This document shows, piece after piece, positions 1 through 13,149 of a DNA stretch of 64,000 nt. Under the pieces are notes generated by a model. The model was not told where the DNA came from. It did no database searches and saw nothing but the letters and a program-made list of their open reading frames with translations. The stretch is from assembly GCA_003971905.1 (NCBI GenBank), contig RSEE01000028.1, positions 620,001 to 684,000 on the forward strand. The letters run 5' to 3'. How positions within the stretch are numbered: the stretch's first letter is position 1; each line of letters starts with the position of its first letter. The DNA comes from Moniliella sp. 'wahieum'. Lineage: Eukaryota. The position numbers and the translations under genes were made by a program.

Positions 1-752
1 GCGTCACGGGTTCGGCGATGCTCGACGGCCGATGGACTGGGTCTCGCCACGCAAGAGCGCCACCTCGGTTAGTGTTGTGCCAATCCAACGACTCAACGCG
101 CAATCTTTGAATGGATGATGATTACGTGGAACCCGAGTTCGCATATGTCCTGCAAGAGGTCGCTTTGGGTTTACCGCCGATATATCCGAGCATACTCACG
201 TTCAGAATGGCTGGGAAGAGTGAGGCCGATTCAATGGCATTAGACCCCTGCCACTGTGGCTCCACTGCCGCTATGTCTACGTCCCAAAGAGTGTTCCGCG
301 ATCTATATCTTCCACCTTTTCCATCCCAAGGCATTCTATTTGAAAGCCATATAATCCAAAAGGAGATAATGTGTATTGCGTGGTACAAAAAAACGGCCAC
401 AAAAAGGTGAGAATCACCGGCCTCTCACCACCGAAACCCAAAGACACAAAAAGAGGGAAGAGGCAAATTTCCCTATGCTTGCATCACATGAAAAGTGTGG
501 CAAAAAAGTGGTGGGAGGGCCTTGTCGTAGCAGAAACGAGGGTAGGGTATCGGGTAACGGGTATTCCAAAAACGTGGGACTCAACATTTATACCCGTGAT
601 TCCACATCCGTCATCGCCCTCAAAAGGATGGATGGGATCTGAGCGTCTCAAAACAATGTCGGCGGGTATGGGCTGAAGAAGGGAAGCCAAGAAACCGACG
701 GTGCTTGGGGGAGGGAAGTAGGGGAGAAAGAGTCAGAAATTGAAGGAAGAGC

Positions 753-1888
753 CTAGTCTGTCGATTCGGACGGCTTCTCCGTTGTCACAGGCTCTTCAGC
801 TGGCTTGGTATCCGTCTTCTTGGCCGCCTCGTCCGTCTCGGTCTCCTTCGGGGCCTCGGTTGACTTCTTATTGTGTTCAAACTTGCTGGTCGTCCCGAAT
901 GCCTTTTTGGTACGATCAAACAAGGAGTTGGCCCTGAGACTGATACTGTTTCTACCAGCTGCCTTTGTGGCAGGAGTAGGAGTACCTGTTCCAGCTTCTA
1001 CAGTACCGTTGGCAGCTTTGGGAGCGTCACCAGGCTTCTCTTCTTCCTTCTGCTCTTCCTTCGAAACTTCTTCAGCCTTGGCAGCCTTCTCCTTGGGAGT
1101 CTCCTCCGTTTTACTGGCCTCAAACTTGGCTGTAGCATCCTCAATGGCCTTCTTTGTACGGTCCAATAGGCCCGAAGGAAGCTTAGGAACCTTGATACTG
1201 AGGCGCCGACCCGCTTTAGCAGGCGCAGCTGCATCCGGTTTGGCGTTTTCCGCGATCGTGACCTCCTTGGTCTCCTCCTCGGGCTTCTTCTCAGATGTGG
1301 GTTCCTCGGTAGGCTTCTCCTCAGCCTTGGGTTCCTCCTTGGGTGCTTGTTCCACTTTGGCAGCCTTAGTCTTCTCGGGAGGGCTTCTGTCTTGCTGTGC
1401 TCAAACTTGGCCGCAGCATCCTCTATCGCTTTCTTGGTCCGGTCCAGCAGTCCAGCGGGCAACTTAGGAGCTTTGAAGCTGAGCCGGCGCCCGACGTTGT
1501 CCTTGGCAGGCGCAGGAGCATCGGGCTTGGCGTCTTCAGCTACAGCCACCTTGACCTCCTTGGTTTGCTGGTCTTCGGCAGCCTTGGGCTGTGTTTCGCT
1601 TTCGACTGGTGCCTCCTCCTCTAGGCGTCGACGTAGGCGTTGCAGCACTCTCTTTGCTCTTCTTGTACGATAGGGGGGTTAAGAGGGTGTGGAAATTGAA
1701 CACGGGTGCTTAGCGGGCACAGGCTCGGGGACAGGCACGGGCTCGGGCACGGGAGCCGGCTCGGTCTTGGCAGCCGTTTCGGCCTCGGTCTCAGGCGGAA
1801 CAGTAGCCGCCGGCTGCTCGATGGTAGCGGCGGCTGGAACAGGCTCTGCCACAGCGGCAGCCGGCACAGTCTCTAGCGCAACGGACAT
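753..1888 (-). CDS. Low-complexity Glu/Lys/Ala/Pro-rich protein with three internal ~35-aa repeats
   Basis: ORFs 1679..1888, 998..1648 and 753..1355 have matching composition and join through a probable intron (acceptor at ~1621, donor uncertain) and a frameshift near 1380-1400. The motif GRRLS.K.PKLP.GLLDRTKKAIEDA.AKFE is repeated. Confidence 0.65.
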
Positions 1889-2800
1889 GTCTGTGAGGGT
1901 GGTTGCACAAACACACAGCAGCAGTTAGGATCAGCCGTGACCTTTTCACCGGCGTGCAGAGCCGCAACGGATGGAGAAGTGGGGGGAAGGGGTACGTGCC
2001 TTGTAGAGGGGTAGAGGGAGTGGTGGGCAAGATGAAGGCGACGGGGAGGGGTAGGTATGATAGGATAATAGTTGTCTGCCAAGCCCGGTGGTGAGAGGTT
2101 GGGAGAAGGTCGTATATGCGTTGCGGCTCTGTCGACCATGCAAACCTGTATATATAGAGTACCTCCATATGAATACGCAGTTATCAGTTCAGGCCTCACA
2201 GGTGGGTCCGGTGCGCGTGCGGCGCAATAAGCGCGCGCGACGGTGGGGATGGCAAGGCTGACGCCATGGGGGAGGGGTGCGTGTGTGTTTTGCGTTATAT
2301 GCGTTAGTTGTGAGCGCGGAGCGATGAGCCGCTAAAGAGCTAATCTAGTTTTTCGCCCCCAAGTGGGCTGTATATAGGGATCTGACCCAGCCCATGCGAT
2401 CGACGATCGTAGTGTCCGGCAAAAGGGACGTTAGCTACAGCGCACACAGACTACGGAGGAGAGAGAGGACGGCGGTCAGATGCTCTTAGCTGTGATCGAT
2501 GATCTCCAGCCCAATACCCAGGTACGACTGCCTCAGGCCTCGTCGCCGTTCTCCCACCAAGGAATACGCCGATAGGCGCCCCTCTCACCCGGGCTGGGAG
2601 TGCAATCGACACCCCCTGAATTTTATCCTTCCTTTAGCACAGCGGCTCCACAAGTATGCTATGGCGCTCAAGTGCCCTATGCCACGCGCGCCACAGATAC
2701 CGGTGACCGGTGACCCCGCTCGGGGAGTCACAGCGTCATTGCGTCACCGCGCCACAGTATAAGTATACCCCCCCCCCTAAAGGATCCAAATTCAAAGTCC

Positions 2801-3213
2801 ATGGCAGGTATTGGATTTGCCCGCATTATCCGACTTGCTTTCATTGGGCATTGGGCATTGCCCTGATAGTACCTTCTTGCTATTACTGTGCTGCAGCTGT
2901 CCCAACAAAGCTACCATCAAAGACTCTCTCTTCGAGAGAGACATCGTAATTAGGTGCTATGGTTTGTTGGATTTGAAGGACCAATTTGGTCCACCCCATC
3001 GATCGTGTAAAAACGTTTACCAAGTATACTATACGCTCATTCAGCCCCAAGCGCACTGCATTCGGTTCGGACGTGAGTCGTGAGTGGCCGGCGCCAGTAG
3101 TTCCTGATCTGCTGGTGAATCTCTACTGGTTCTCCAATAAAGTCGGCACGAACACGATCGGAGCAACAGCAAATGTCGCCTTTGGTCCACCACCACAATT
3201 GACCGTAGTCTAG
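2801..3213 (+). CDS. Possible small secreted protein (frameshifted)
   Basis: TATA-like GTATAAGTATA at ~2757 and ATG at 2801. A hydrophobic stretch (LGIALIVPSC..CAAAVP), then SLFERD, then ORF 2986..3213; needs frame joins. Confidence 0.3.
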
Positions 3214-3639
3214 CATGAAAATGAGCAACATACTTTATATACCTCGACCGAGAAACCTTCCCGCCTGCCCGCTCCCCGCTTGGCCTTGCCGCGCACAAGA
3301 GGGAAAAAAAGGAGGAGAGAGAGAGATCCATGCGCGGGAAACTGGTCCCCGTGTCCAATCACTGTAGCTACCCACCCTGCGCCCGCCCGCCTTGCATCCT
3401 ACACACTACCTATACTGTGCCGTACCCGCGGAATGGTACGACGGAGGACAGTTTATGCGTGTGGGGAGATGCTAAGTGTGGGGTCACAGCCCCGGGAAGG
3501 GAACAAGGAAGAAGAAGGAGGAAGGAGAAAGGAGGAAGACGATGGAATGTAGCCTCTGGTTGCGTTGGTAAAAACGAGTGTGTATAGTGCGAGCGCGAGG
3601 GATGCAGTGTAGGTGGCAGAAAGTTGCTGGAACGGTATG

Positions 3640-3680
3640 ATAGGTATGGTATGGTGTGGGATGGTGTGGGATGGTATGGG
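3640..3680. repeat. (ATGGT/GTGGG)-type pentamer microsatellite
   Basis: GGTATGGTATGGTGTGGGATGGTGTGGGATGGTATGG. Confidence 0.6.
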
Positions 3681-3981
3681 TGGGGTGCTGTGGGGTGGGT
3701 GGGGAAGACGGCAAACGAAGACAATTGAACAAGGCAGCAAGGGCACGGAGGTACGGAAGCAAACGAAAGCAAGAAACGCCAAAAAAAAGGGGAGAAGGAA
3801 GGAGCGTGGGACCGTGAGGTCAATATGGTTCAATAGGATCCCTCTTCACCAAAGTCAACCCAACTCGAGTGAGTAAAAGGTAAACGGGCGACCAAGAGAC
3901 AAACAAAAAGGACAAGGGGAAACACAAAGGCCAAAGCACAGAGCAGGCTGACAAGGATCCAACACAGCACAGCACAAAGCG

Positions 3982-6977
3982 CTAGCGAAGAGGGAACACA
4001 GCACCCAAAAGGTGGCTCACACTGAACCGGAACAGTGTCAAAGGGGAGAGGGTGTGGAGGGCAGGAGAGGGGTGGGGGGTTCCAAATCCAATCCAACCAA
4101 CATGCATGGCAGACCAACATGTACCGTATCCCACGCTGCGGCCTCCGCTGCTACCAACCAAAGTCCAGGTCCGGCTCGGTCTTGGGTGGTAACTGCAAGC
4201 CACCACGCGCCCCGTACACCCCGGGACGAGAGATGGGGTGTGCGGACGGGAGACGTGTACGGTAAGGCCAGATGGACTCCCGTGTCGCCCGTTTCTCACC
4301 CCTACACGGGAGAGGTAGAGGTGGCCCGGATGCGTGCGCGTGGGTGGACACGCACACGCGAAGGGGGAAGCAGGTACCGCGTGCACCCTGGTTCGGTTGC
4401 CGTCGTACCTGAGGCAGGGGAGGAGGCACAGGAAGTGGATCGGGTACGCGGGCGGGCCAAGGGCGAGGGCGGAGGACGAAGGGAGCACGGGGGGTTCGAG
4501 GGGGAGCGAGGTAGGTCCGGTAAGGCAGAGGACAAGTGTGGGTCGACTCGAGACTGTTACGTGATCGTAAGGGAGACAGTAAAGGGAGGAACAGCTAGGG
4601 TCGCCTCGCATGCTCGGCACCAGGCTGCGGTGGGGGGAGGCAGGGAGCGGGACGGGCGAAGAAGGACAGGCGCCCAAGGATCCCGACAAGCCTAACGAGC
4701 TCACTGCCGCCCAGGTCCAGCTGGGATCCGTTTCGAGCACCTCGCGGTCTTCTGTTTCTTCTGGCGAGAGCGATAGAGCCGAGACGGAGCGACCGTCAAG
4801 AGGAAGGGAGGAGAGCGAGTCGGTGCCATGCTGCGGGTACAGGAGTGGGCTGGGGTGGGACCGCGTCTCCTCTTCGCCCTCCGACGGACAGGAATCTTGT
4901 TTCGCCCGCCAGGCCAGCCAGGCTTCTCTCCGCATCTCCCTATAGTCCCGCTCGAATACCGACTCGGTCCGCGCCGGCGCAGGCGGCAGACCGGGAAGGA
5001 TGGTTTGCGGGTGGTACGTGGGTGCCGGAGCTGGGTCGTCTTCCCATTCGGGCCAGGAAGACGGAGGAAGAGGAGTAGGATGCACAAGTAAGTAGCCGCG
5101 ATCGGCATGGATGAGCCAACGACGCATCTTGCCTACGCCTTCGTACCCTGCTGCACGGGTGGTGGGACGCGCGCGCTCCTCTTCCTCCTCCGAGTCCAGC
5201 CCATACACCCGATACGGTACAAACACTTTCCCGTCCCTCGGCCGGTGGGGCCGCAGTCCAAGGTCGTCCAACGGAAGAGGCGCAACACGGTTCGTGCCTT
5301 TCCCCGTGGGAAGACGTGGCAGTTGCGGAGACCAGGGAGGGATGCTCATCGTCTGGGCCAGCGCACCCCAGCCTCCCGACACGGCGCGATGCCCCTTAAC
5401 CGTACGCATTGGTGAAGGTTCGCGGGAACCAAGGAACGGAGACGGTGCCCCTCCCGCGGACGTGCGGCTGCCAGAGGGGGTGGCGTGCGAGGCGTCGCAA
5501 GAGTCATCCGCAATAGACTCAGGCTCTTCTTCGTCCCATCGGTGGGCTTGGTGTACCACTTCTTTCCCTAGCACCTGAATCTCACTCTCGTGCCGCCTGT
5601 GGATCTCGGCCGCCTGAGCAGGCGAAATCCCATGTGCTTGCACCTCTCCTTCCTCCCCGTTATGGGGTACCGTTCCGGGGGAATGCGCCAGGTTGGGCTC
5701 CAACTCCATCTCCAACTCCATCTTTGGAGACGATACGGGAGACGCCACTTTGGATGGAGAATCTCGATGGCTCACCATCGTAGACGTAGAGGCTGGCAGA
5801 ACTGGACTCAGATTGCGATTCAACACGCCGTAGCCCCATCGTCCCCCCTCGTTACCAGTGGGGTCTGTGCCGGCGTGAGTAGGAGGGTGGGAAGAGGTCC
5901 GACGGGCAGGCACCTTGGTGCCATCAGGAAGCGTGACTGTGCCTGTCCCCCCGGACGAGCAGCAAGGATGGCCTGTCGAGTCTTCCAGCGCGCCAGCTCA
6001 ATCTCTTCCAGCGCTGGGGGCGGTGGCGAGGGGGGCAGGATGACGCGTCGAAAGACCGAGTGGATGGACCTGAAAGATGATTTCCATTATTAGCATTCCT
6101 TTTATACACATTTGAGGGGAGGGTAAATAAATGGCATACCAATTAGACCACACCGCCTGCTCCTCCTCTTCCTGGTCGAGGTGAATGGGACCCGGAGACC
6201 CGAATGCGAGTGTGGGTGGAGGCCGGAGTGGGGAGGAAGTCAGGGGGGCGCAGGATGGATCGGAAGTGGATGAAGCAAGTGGAAGAGCAGCGCTGGCGGC
6301 CCCTGGCGATGCCGAGGGTGAAGAGGAAGGGGCATGGGAGGTGGGCTGGGTAAACGCAAGTGCGAAGCCGAGGGTACGTTCAACGCGGCATAGACGCTGG
6401 GAAGTGGACCGAACCGGACACGTAGGGGGGGACAGGCAGGGGCGGTAGTAGGACCGCAGGTGCAGTGCGATCGTGGCGAACGAAGGGGGGGAAGCGCGGA
6501 TGCGAGCGCGGGGGACGGCGCCTTCGTACAAGGCCTGGGCCGCGGCAGCAGACATGCGTGTATTGATCAGTGCGTTGATCATGGCCAGATCCTCGTCATC
6601 GAGTTGGGGCTGCGGCTCGTCGTCGGCTTCGTGATGCGGGGGCGGGGTGTGGGAGGGGGCGCTGTGGCGGGAGCGCTGCGAGTCGAGGGAGGCAGGGCGC
6701 TGGTGGAGCAGGGCCGGGAGGGAGACACGGGAGGGGAGGGAGGCATGGAAGAGCTGGGAGCGGCGGAGGGCAGGCTCGGCGGGCGGGGCGCGGATGCGGG
6801 TGGCTGTGCCCTGGGCGCTGGGCTCGTGGGCGATGAGGCAGGCGAGGCGGGCGCGGGCGCGGGCGTGGGGGCGGCGCTGAGGAGGATGGAGGGCGGGCCA
6901 TCCATGCGCTGGGCCATCGACGGTTGCGGGCGGTGGGGGGAGAGCGAGGCGGGGGTCGGCGGCCAGGGGGGTGGCAT
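3982..6977 (-). CDS. Hypothetical Pro/Ser-rich protein; 3' end uncertain
   Basis: ORFs 6579..6977, 5998..6582 and 3982..5913 are collinear. Canonical intron 6070..6138 (GTATGC donor, GCTAAT branch, CAG acceptor). No recognised domain. Confidence 0.5.
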
Positions 6978-7779
6978 GGCGGCGGGAGGGAGAGTAAGTC
7001 GGGTGTAATCGGTGCTGGGGTGATCGATGATCGATTACAGCTTAACGCATCAGGCTTAAGAACCAGTGGTTGAGAGGCGCTGCACGCGGGCGGTGTGGCG
7101 TGCGTGCCGGGGATCCGAGCACGTCGCATGCCGCGAACTGCCCAGCACACGCCGGCACTCCTGCACGCCCCACTGCTGCACCTGCTTCCCCTTGCATCTG
7201 GGGCCAGCCCGGCGCGGCCCTCTCGAAGTTCTGTGCGCGCCCGCTCCTGCCCGCCCGCGCTCGGCCAAATGCTGGGCCATGCGCGGGGGACACTGCTGCC
7301 GTGCTGCCTGCCCCGCCCCGCCCCTGCCCCCCGCGGCGGGGTCTATGTGCCCCACAGACAGGCCCCGTGCTGCCTTCTGCCCGAGCTTCTGCGAACCAAA
7401 GGCGTTCGCTGAACACACGATCGAATGTTGAACCATTGAATATTCCACGTTAATCAGCGTCATCGTGTACAGCCCCCAGTGGCAACTAGTCTTTTCTTTT
7501 CGTCTGCGGAGGACTTCGTTGTACAGCAAACCCAGCAGGCCACGTCCCAACAGAAATCAACAGTTGTACAAGCACAAAAGAACGAAGAGGCGTGGGCTGG
7601 TCACCGTCACGATCATCCGTGTCAACCGTTGGGGCCCAGCCATCATGGAAAGGGTGAGGGAGATAATATATACAAAACATGTGGCCCGACAGCAAGAAGA
7701 GAGAGCCCCCCGTCGTCCAGAGGAGACAGTAAGAGGATTATGCAGCGGCTGGGGAGGGAGAGACCATCCACATGTTAGG

Positions 7780-9665
7780 TTAGGCCGTCTTTTTGGCGTC
7801 TGCCTTTTCATCCAGCTCATCGGATGGGGACATGGCATCAACAGCAGGCAGCATGTGCTGGTCCCCCACATGTTCAATCCCTTCTTCATCCTCGACCATT
7901 TCTTCCTGGCGGGAAGGACCATGTTCCGAGGTGCGCACCGCCGTTGTCGCACCAGCAATCGTATCCTTCTCAAAGTGCGCCCCATGTTCTTCCCGGCCCA
8001 CCACAATCACCGTCAACAAGTAAGCGCAGACGACACCGAGCAAAATCCCAGAAACCGTAGCGTAATCGGGCAAGGTACGTTCATTGTCCTTGCCCTCTGG
8101 ACGGGAAGGGTTGTATTCCGGATTGTCAATCCGAATTCCTTCTCCGCCCCGAGTCTCAATCTGGGCCGAAGAGGCCGACACCATGTTGCCCAATTGGTAT
8201 GCCAAGCCACTAAAGTCGCGCGAAAGCCTGGGGGCGAGATTTCCGACAGGTAGACCGGCACGACGCCCCAGGCACCTTGAACCCCAAATTGGAGAAAGAA
8301 CGCGCCGGCGGCCAACCCCCCAAAGCTCGAAGGTAAGATCCACGCTGGATCAGCACGCCCGACAAAATGACAAAGATGGCCATTGTCAAACGACGCCCGA
8401 GCCATTGGGAAATGTACCCGGCCAGCGTACCCCCCACAATCGCACCACAGTTGGAAATAATGGTCGCTTTCGAGGCCAGCATGCTCCCTTCCTTGGCGGG
8501 CAAGTCGGCAAACTTGACCTTCTGAACCATGGTGGGGGTAGAGGTCCTCTGTTGGGCGTTCCAGTCAGCCGTTCTTTTCCCGCAAGAAGAATACAAGATC
8601 AAAACAAGAAAAAGAGAGAGGAGGCAGCGGGCAACGTACGAGACGAATGACTAAGCCAATTAAAGCCCGACATGAGCAAGATGCCATAGATGCACCGGAC
8701 CCAATGTTCCTTGAGCATCGCCCACATATCTGACAAGAACTTGCGCACCTTGGATTGAGTCGTGGTATCGATCCCAGCATCTGCCGCTTCCTTTTGGGCC
8801 TTGTGGTATTCCAAAAACAGTTCCGACTCCCATACCAACGCCCGCACCCCAGCGGAAAACAACGATAGCGCCGCCCCAAAGTAAAACAAGATCTTCCAGT
8901 TGTTGGTCCGGTTGACCACCGATACATTGACCGAGGCGGCCAACAGGTAGCCAAGCGCGTAGCATTGCTGCAACAAACCACTAAACAACCCACGCGGTGC
9001 GACTGGCATGTTTTCTAGGGCGGTGGCCGTGGACATGCCCCAGATGCCACCTGATTGTAGGTAGGTTGAGACGAGGTAGGGAGACTCACACAGTTAGTCG
9101 TCACTCTGTATAGAGACACTTTCTCCATCACCCGCACCGCCTCTGTGTGCTCGTTTCCTCCGCCTACTCTTTGCCGTGAAAGACAAAGGGATACGAAGAG
9201 CACACAGAGAGACAAGAGGAAAGCTGACGTACCCATGAAAATGCCAAAGAGGGAGCGAACCGCCAGGAACGGTCCATAACTCTTGCAGTATGTGGTGGCG
9301 AGCGACAAGGCCGAGACACAGAGCAAGTTGAAGCAGAGGGGCCATTTGCGGCCAAAGCGATCGGAAATCAAGCCAAAGATGGCGGCGCCCAGCGGGCGAA
9401 GAGAAGAGAGCGTGAGCGTGATAGAAGTAGTAATGTCGTTGGTGGATTTGTTGTACAGGACCGAAAGACGCGTGCTGGCCAGACTGACAGAAAAAAAGTC
9501 AACCGAATCGCATGTCCAGGCTACCATGCCAGTGAATAGGTAGATCCATTGCTTCAGCGTGAGCATCGCTGCCAACTTGATGGGGTTGTTGGAGGCCCCA
9601 TGGCGCTCGGCAAGGCGCTGCTCGCGCGTAGGCAGCTTAAAGAGCCCGTGGGTAATGTCGTACAT
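7780..9665 (-). CDS. JEN1: JEN1-type carboxylate:H+ symporter (MFS, sialate:H+ symporter family)
   Basis: Motifs WTCDSVDFF, LRPLGAAIFG..SDRFGRKWP, MGGIWG (across intron 9051..9232), NWLSHSSQDLYPT (across intron 8549..8639), FFLQFGVQGAWGV.P and AYQLGNMVS. Confidence 0.93.
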
Positions 9666-12600
9666 GCCGATAGAGGGGGTGTGGGGGGGGTCGTGGGTCG
9701 TGGGTCGTGGGCGTAAAAAGGGGGGTCGGGGGGTGTATAAGAGGGGGTGGATGGCCTGTGGGAGCTGGTTGTGGGTGGGATGCGGCTATAAGAGAGAGCG
9801 CACCACCATCCCCCACACTCGGATTCGGACGGCACAATATCCCATCAAGCGAGTGTGTGGGCTGGCCAGCCAGTATAGGCCGATTATATCTCGTGCTCAC
9901 GCGCTCAAGCGCTCACGCATCAAGCAGGCCTCCCTCCGTCCGACTGCCCAGCCCAACACACCGACAGCCCTGAATGGCGGGACCTCCTGCCCTGTCAGCA
10001 CGCAGCCGTGTCCTGCCTTGCCACACACCAGGTGCGGTTGGGGGTCCAACGGGCGGGATTTACTTGGTTGAGTATACGTTTTTGAGTACTGCCTACTGCC
10101 TAGTACTCAGACTGAGTACTGCGTACACTTCCTACTGAATCATTATTATTCACTACCCTCAGACTCAGGTGGGCGGATGAGCTCGATGGGCACTCAGGCT
10201 CAGGCTTCAAGCTTGAAGCTTCAGGCTGAAGGCACTCGCCTCAGGCCCTCAGGCGAGCCCTGTTGTGCCTCGCCAGTATCCTCCGGATTCTCCGTTCGCC
10301 CAGCCTGCAACCGCAGATCGCCACTGCTCCCCTGGACCTGTGCCTGATGCCCCGCACGGCTCCGCGCCAGTGCCTGCTTTTCCAGGCCTGCCCCCCATCG
10401 CATTGCAAGTACGAGGTACTCTACGTACCACGTAGGCTTTCGGGTGGTACATGGTACATGGCATACAAAGGGTATACATGGTATGACCGGTGACCTTCTT
10501 AGATGGCAGGGATCTTAGTAGTTACTAGTAACACAGTAAGATCAATGATCCTAGGGTTTTTTTGTTCCGCCCCGCATGTTTCGCCCACAAGGCACGTACA
10601 CACACGCGCCGTGCCTGGCGTTGAATATATTATCGCGGTGGCGAGCACGGGGCTGCTGCGGGGCCGCGAACAGGACGACTGGGGAACAGAGTATCTATAC
10701 TGAGTAACTGTATGAGTACGAGTCTCAGTACGGAGGTACAGAGAGGCATACTGAGGTACTGAGGCCCTGAGAGCTTGGGGTTTGGGGCTTGGCCCTGAGC
10801 CTGAGGACAGATACGAGATGAGATCGATGATCAATTAACGACAAACTGAGGGAGATTGGCACGTGCACATATGTATGTATCCCACCGCCCAACAGCCTCT
10901 CTGTCTCCCTATCGGGGTCCGGCGACGGCCATCATGCATCATCTGCATCATCGATCATCCACATCGAGCATCTTCCCATACACTCCTGGAGGTGCACCGT
11001 GCCTGTATGATGGCCCTCGACCGAAGCCAGTGAGTATACTGAGTGGGCGAATGGATAAGCGCATGGTGGATATGATAGATGAGATCCGAGATCCGAGATC
11101 GAGGACCGCTCCTCAGCTCGTGGCCCCATCTGCGTGTCTACCTGCGGCACAGTGCTTGGTCTGGAAAAAGGCAGGATCGAGGATACTATGTGGGATCTAA
11201 GATGGCCCGCGGCGCTGCTCAACGGGAGCTAATCCAGGGAGCTATTTTGCTCACTGCACTCAGCGAGTACTTACTTCATTTCCCCACCAACCCAGGGTGC
11301 GGTTCTTGGCACTCAGTTGAGTACCTAACCGTCAGGTACCTTTTATGTATCAATCCCCCCCTCTCTCTGAGATTTAACCCCCTTTCTCTCAAACCCCGTT
11401 AATCAATCTTAGTCATCCTATATCTCTCCGGACACCGCAGGTACCAGCACTTACTGGTACCTTTCGAAGCCACGCGTCCATCCTGTATCATGCATCCCAA
11501 CATTCAAGCTTCAAGCTTCAGGCTTCAACGTTCAAGCTGCACGCCTTTTATAGGATTCGTAAAAAGGGTGCAGACGGGAGGGATACATGAAAAAGGAACG
11601 AAGGGGAGGGAAGAGGTGCAGCAAGGGTCTTCAGCTTCAATATGTTGAGAATGGAACGCGTGTGCTTTCAAACGCCTCAAGGTTCAAGCTTCAAGCCCTG
11701 CACCCACATCATCGACATCTTCTGAGGAATTGGGGGTCCCCGAACAACCTGTGGTCCAACCCACGGTTCAGGCAGTTTAGGCTGGCAACTCTCGTACGGT
11801 CTAGTATATAGTAGGGGTGAACTTGGTACAGTACACTGTCCACCCAAGTCATAAGAGAAACAGCAGGGATGTATAAGCATAGCAGACAAAAAAAAACACA
11901 AAGGAGGCACAAGTGAGGCGGTGGAACGTGGATCCTACTATCGTCTTACATACAAGATCTGACAAAACCTTAGATCTTACTACCGCAGGAAAAGAAAGGC
12001 AGATACGTACAGTGGATCAGTGGCCCAGCAGGGCAATCCCGACCCCTGAGGTCTCAGCCTGACGCCTGTAGCCATCCCGATCAGGTCCAGGGCAGTCCAC
12101 ACAACGTAGGTGTTCTGTATAGCCAACAGCCTGGGATACATGAGAGCCAAAGCGGTAGCAAAGATGAAAAAAAGATCGGGGTACCTGCAGTCCAGCAAAC
12201 TCGGTTCCGATTAACTCTTCTCGCGGCGTCTTCTTCGTAAACGACGGAGGGGAGAGAGTAGCCGAATCCGATACGCGCCCAGTGGCGAAACAGGATGTGC
12301 GTCCCCGTTCAACGTTCAACGAAGGGGAAGACAAAAGCGGTGATGGTCGTAGCGTCCCAACACAAATAAAACTCGGGCTAGGTCGCGGGTTGGACACCAG
12401 CGCCCAGTGGCACCCCAATCGTCCCGACGGTAGGCTGTGTTTTTATGGTCGATTGCGGCCACATTCTACCGAGACCTATAACAGACAAGCGGGGCAAACT
12501 CGGCGGCGAATTGGGTGACCAGCCATTAGTAGTGGGAGAGCAACTTTTGTTGGCGAGAAGCAAAACCGGTAAACGGCACGGTAAGCAGGTGCAGGCGATG

Positions 12601-13149
12601 CGAGGGATCGAGCGCAGGGTCGTATCCGTCGTAGCGGGAGGTATTACGCAAAGAACGGAAGAGCACGAGGGACGTACTTTGGCAGTGGCGACGCTGGCAA
12701 CACCGAGGAAGGCGTCGACGTGGCGCAGGTTGCCGAGGAAGCGGGAGAGGCTAATGAGCAGTGGGATCCGGGGGGGGGGGGCTCGCACAGTAGATACATC
12801 CAAACGGCGGGGGTGTCCGTCGACGCGGGAGGGGATGTGTGCTGTGTGAAGTGTGAAGTCACAGGGGAGCAGCAGCGCGGGGGCTAGGGTTAATCCTAGT
12901 GCGCGCCCCGCGTTTCCGCTACCCGCTTGTATCACTAGACTGGTCGCTGGTACTCCGAATCAATCGGTCGCATCCACCGTTTTCTGTCTCGCCGTTCAGC
13001 TGCTGAACGCTGAACGCTGCGTTGCTGAGCGCCGACCCCCTCGATCGCACACCCGGCTGCTTCCTCAACCTATACAGACCATCCGCTACGCTCGCCGCCG
13101 CCACCCATCGCAAATGTGATCGATCGGACCCTCGCATTACCACGCCAGA

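Noticed and set aside
11980..12935. Minus-strand ORFs between JEN1 and CCT8
   Set aside because: Broken, with no motif or splice support recognised; cannot be called.
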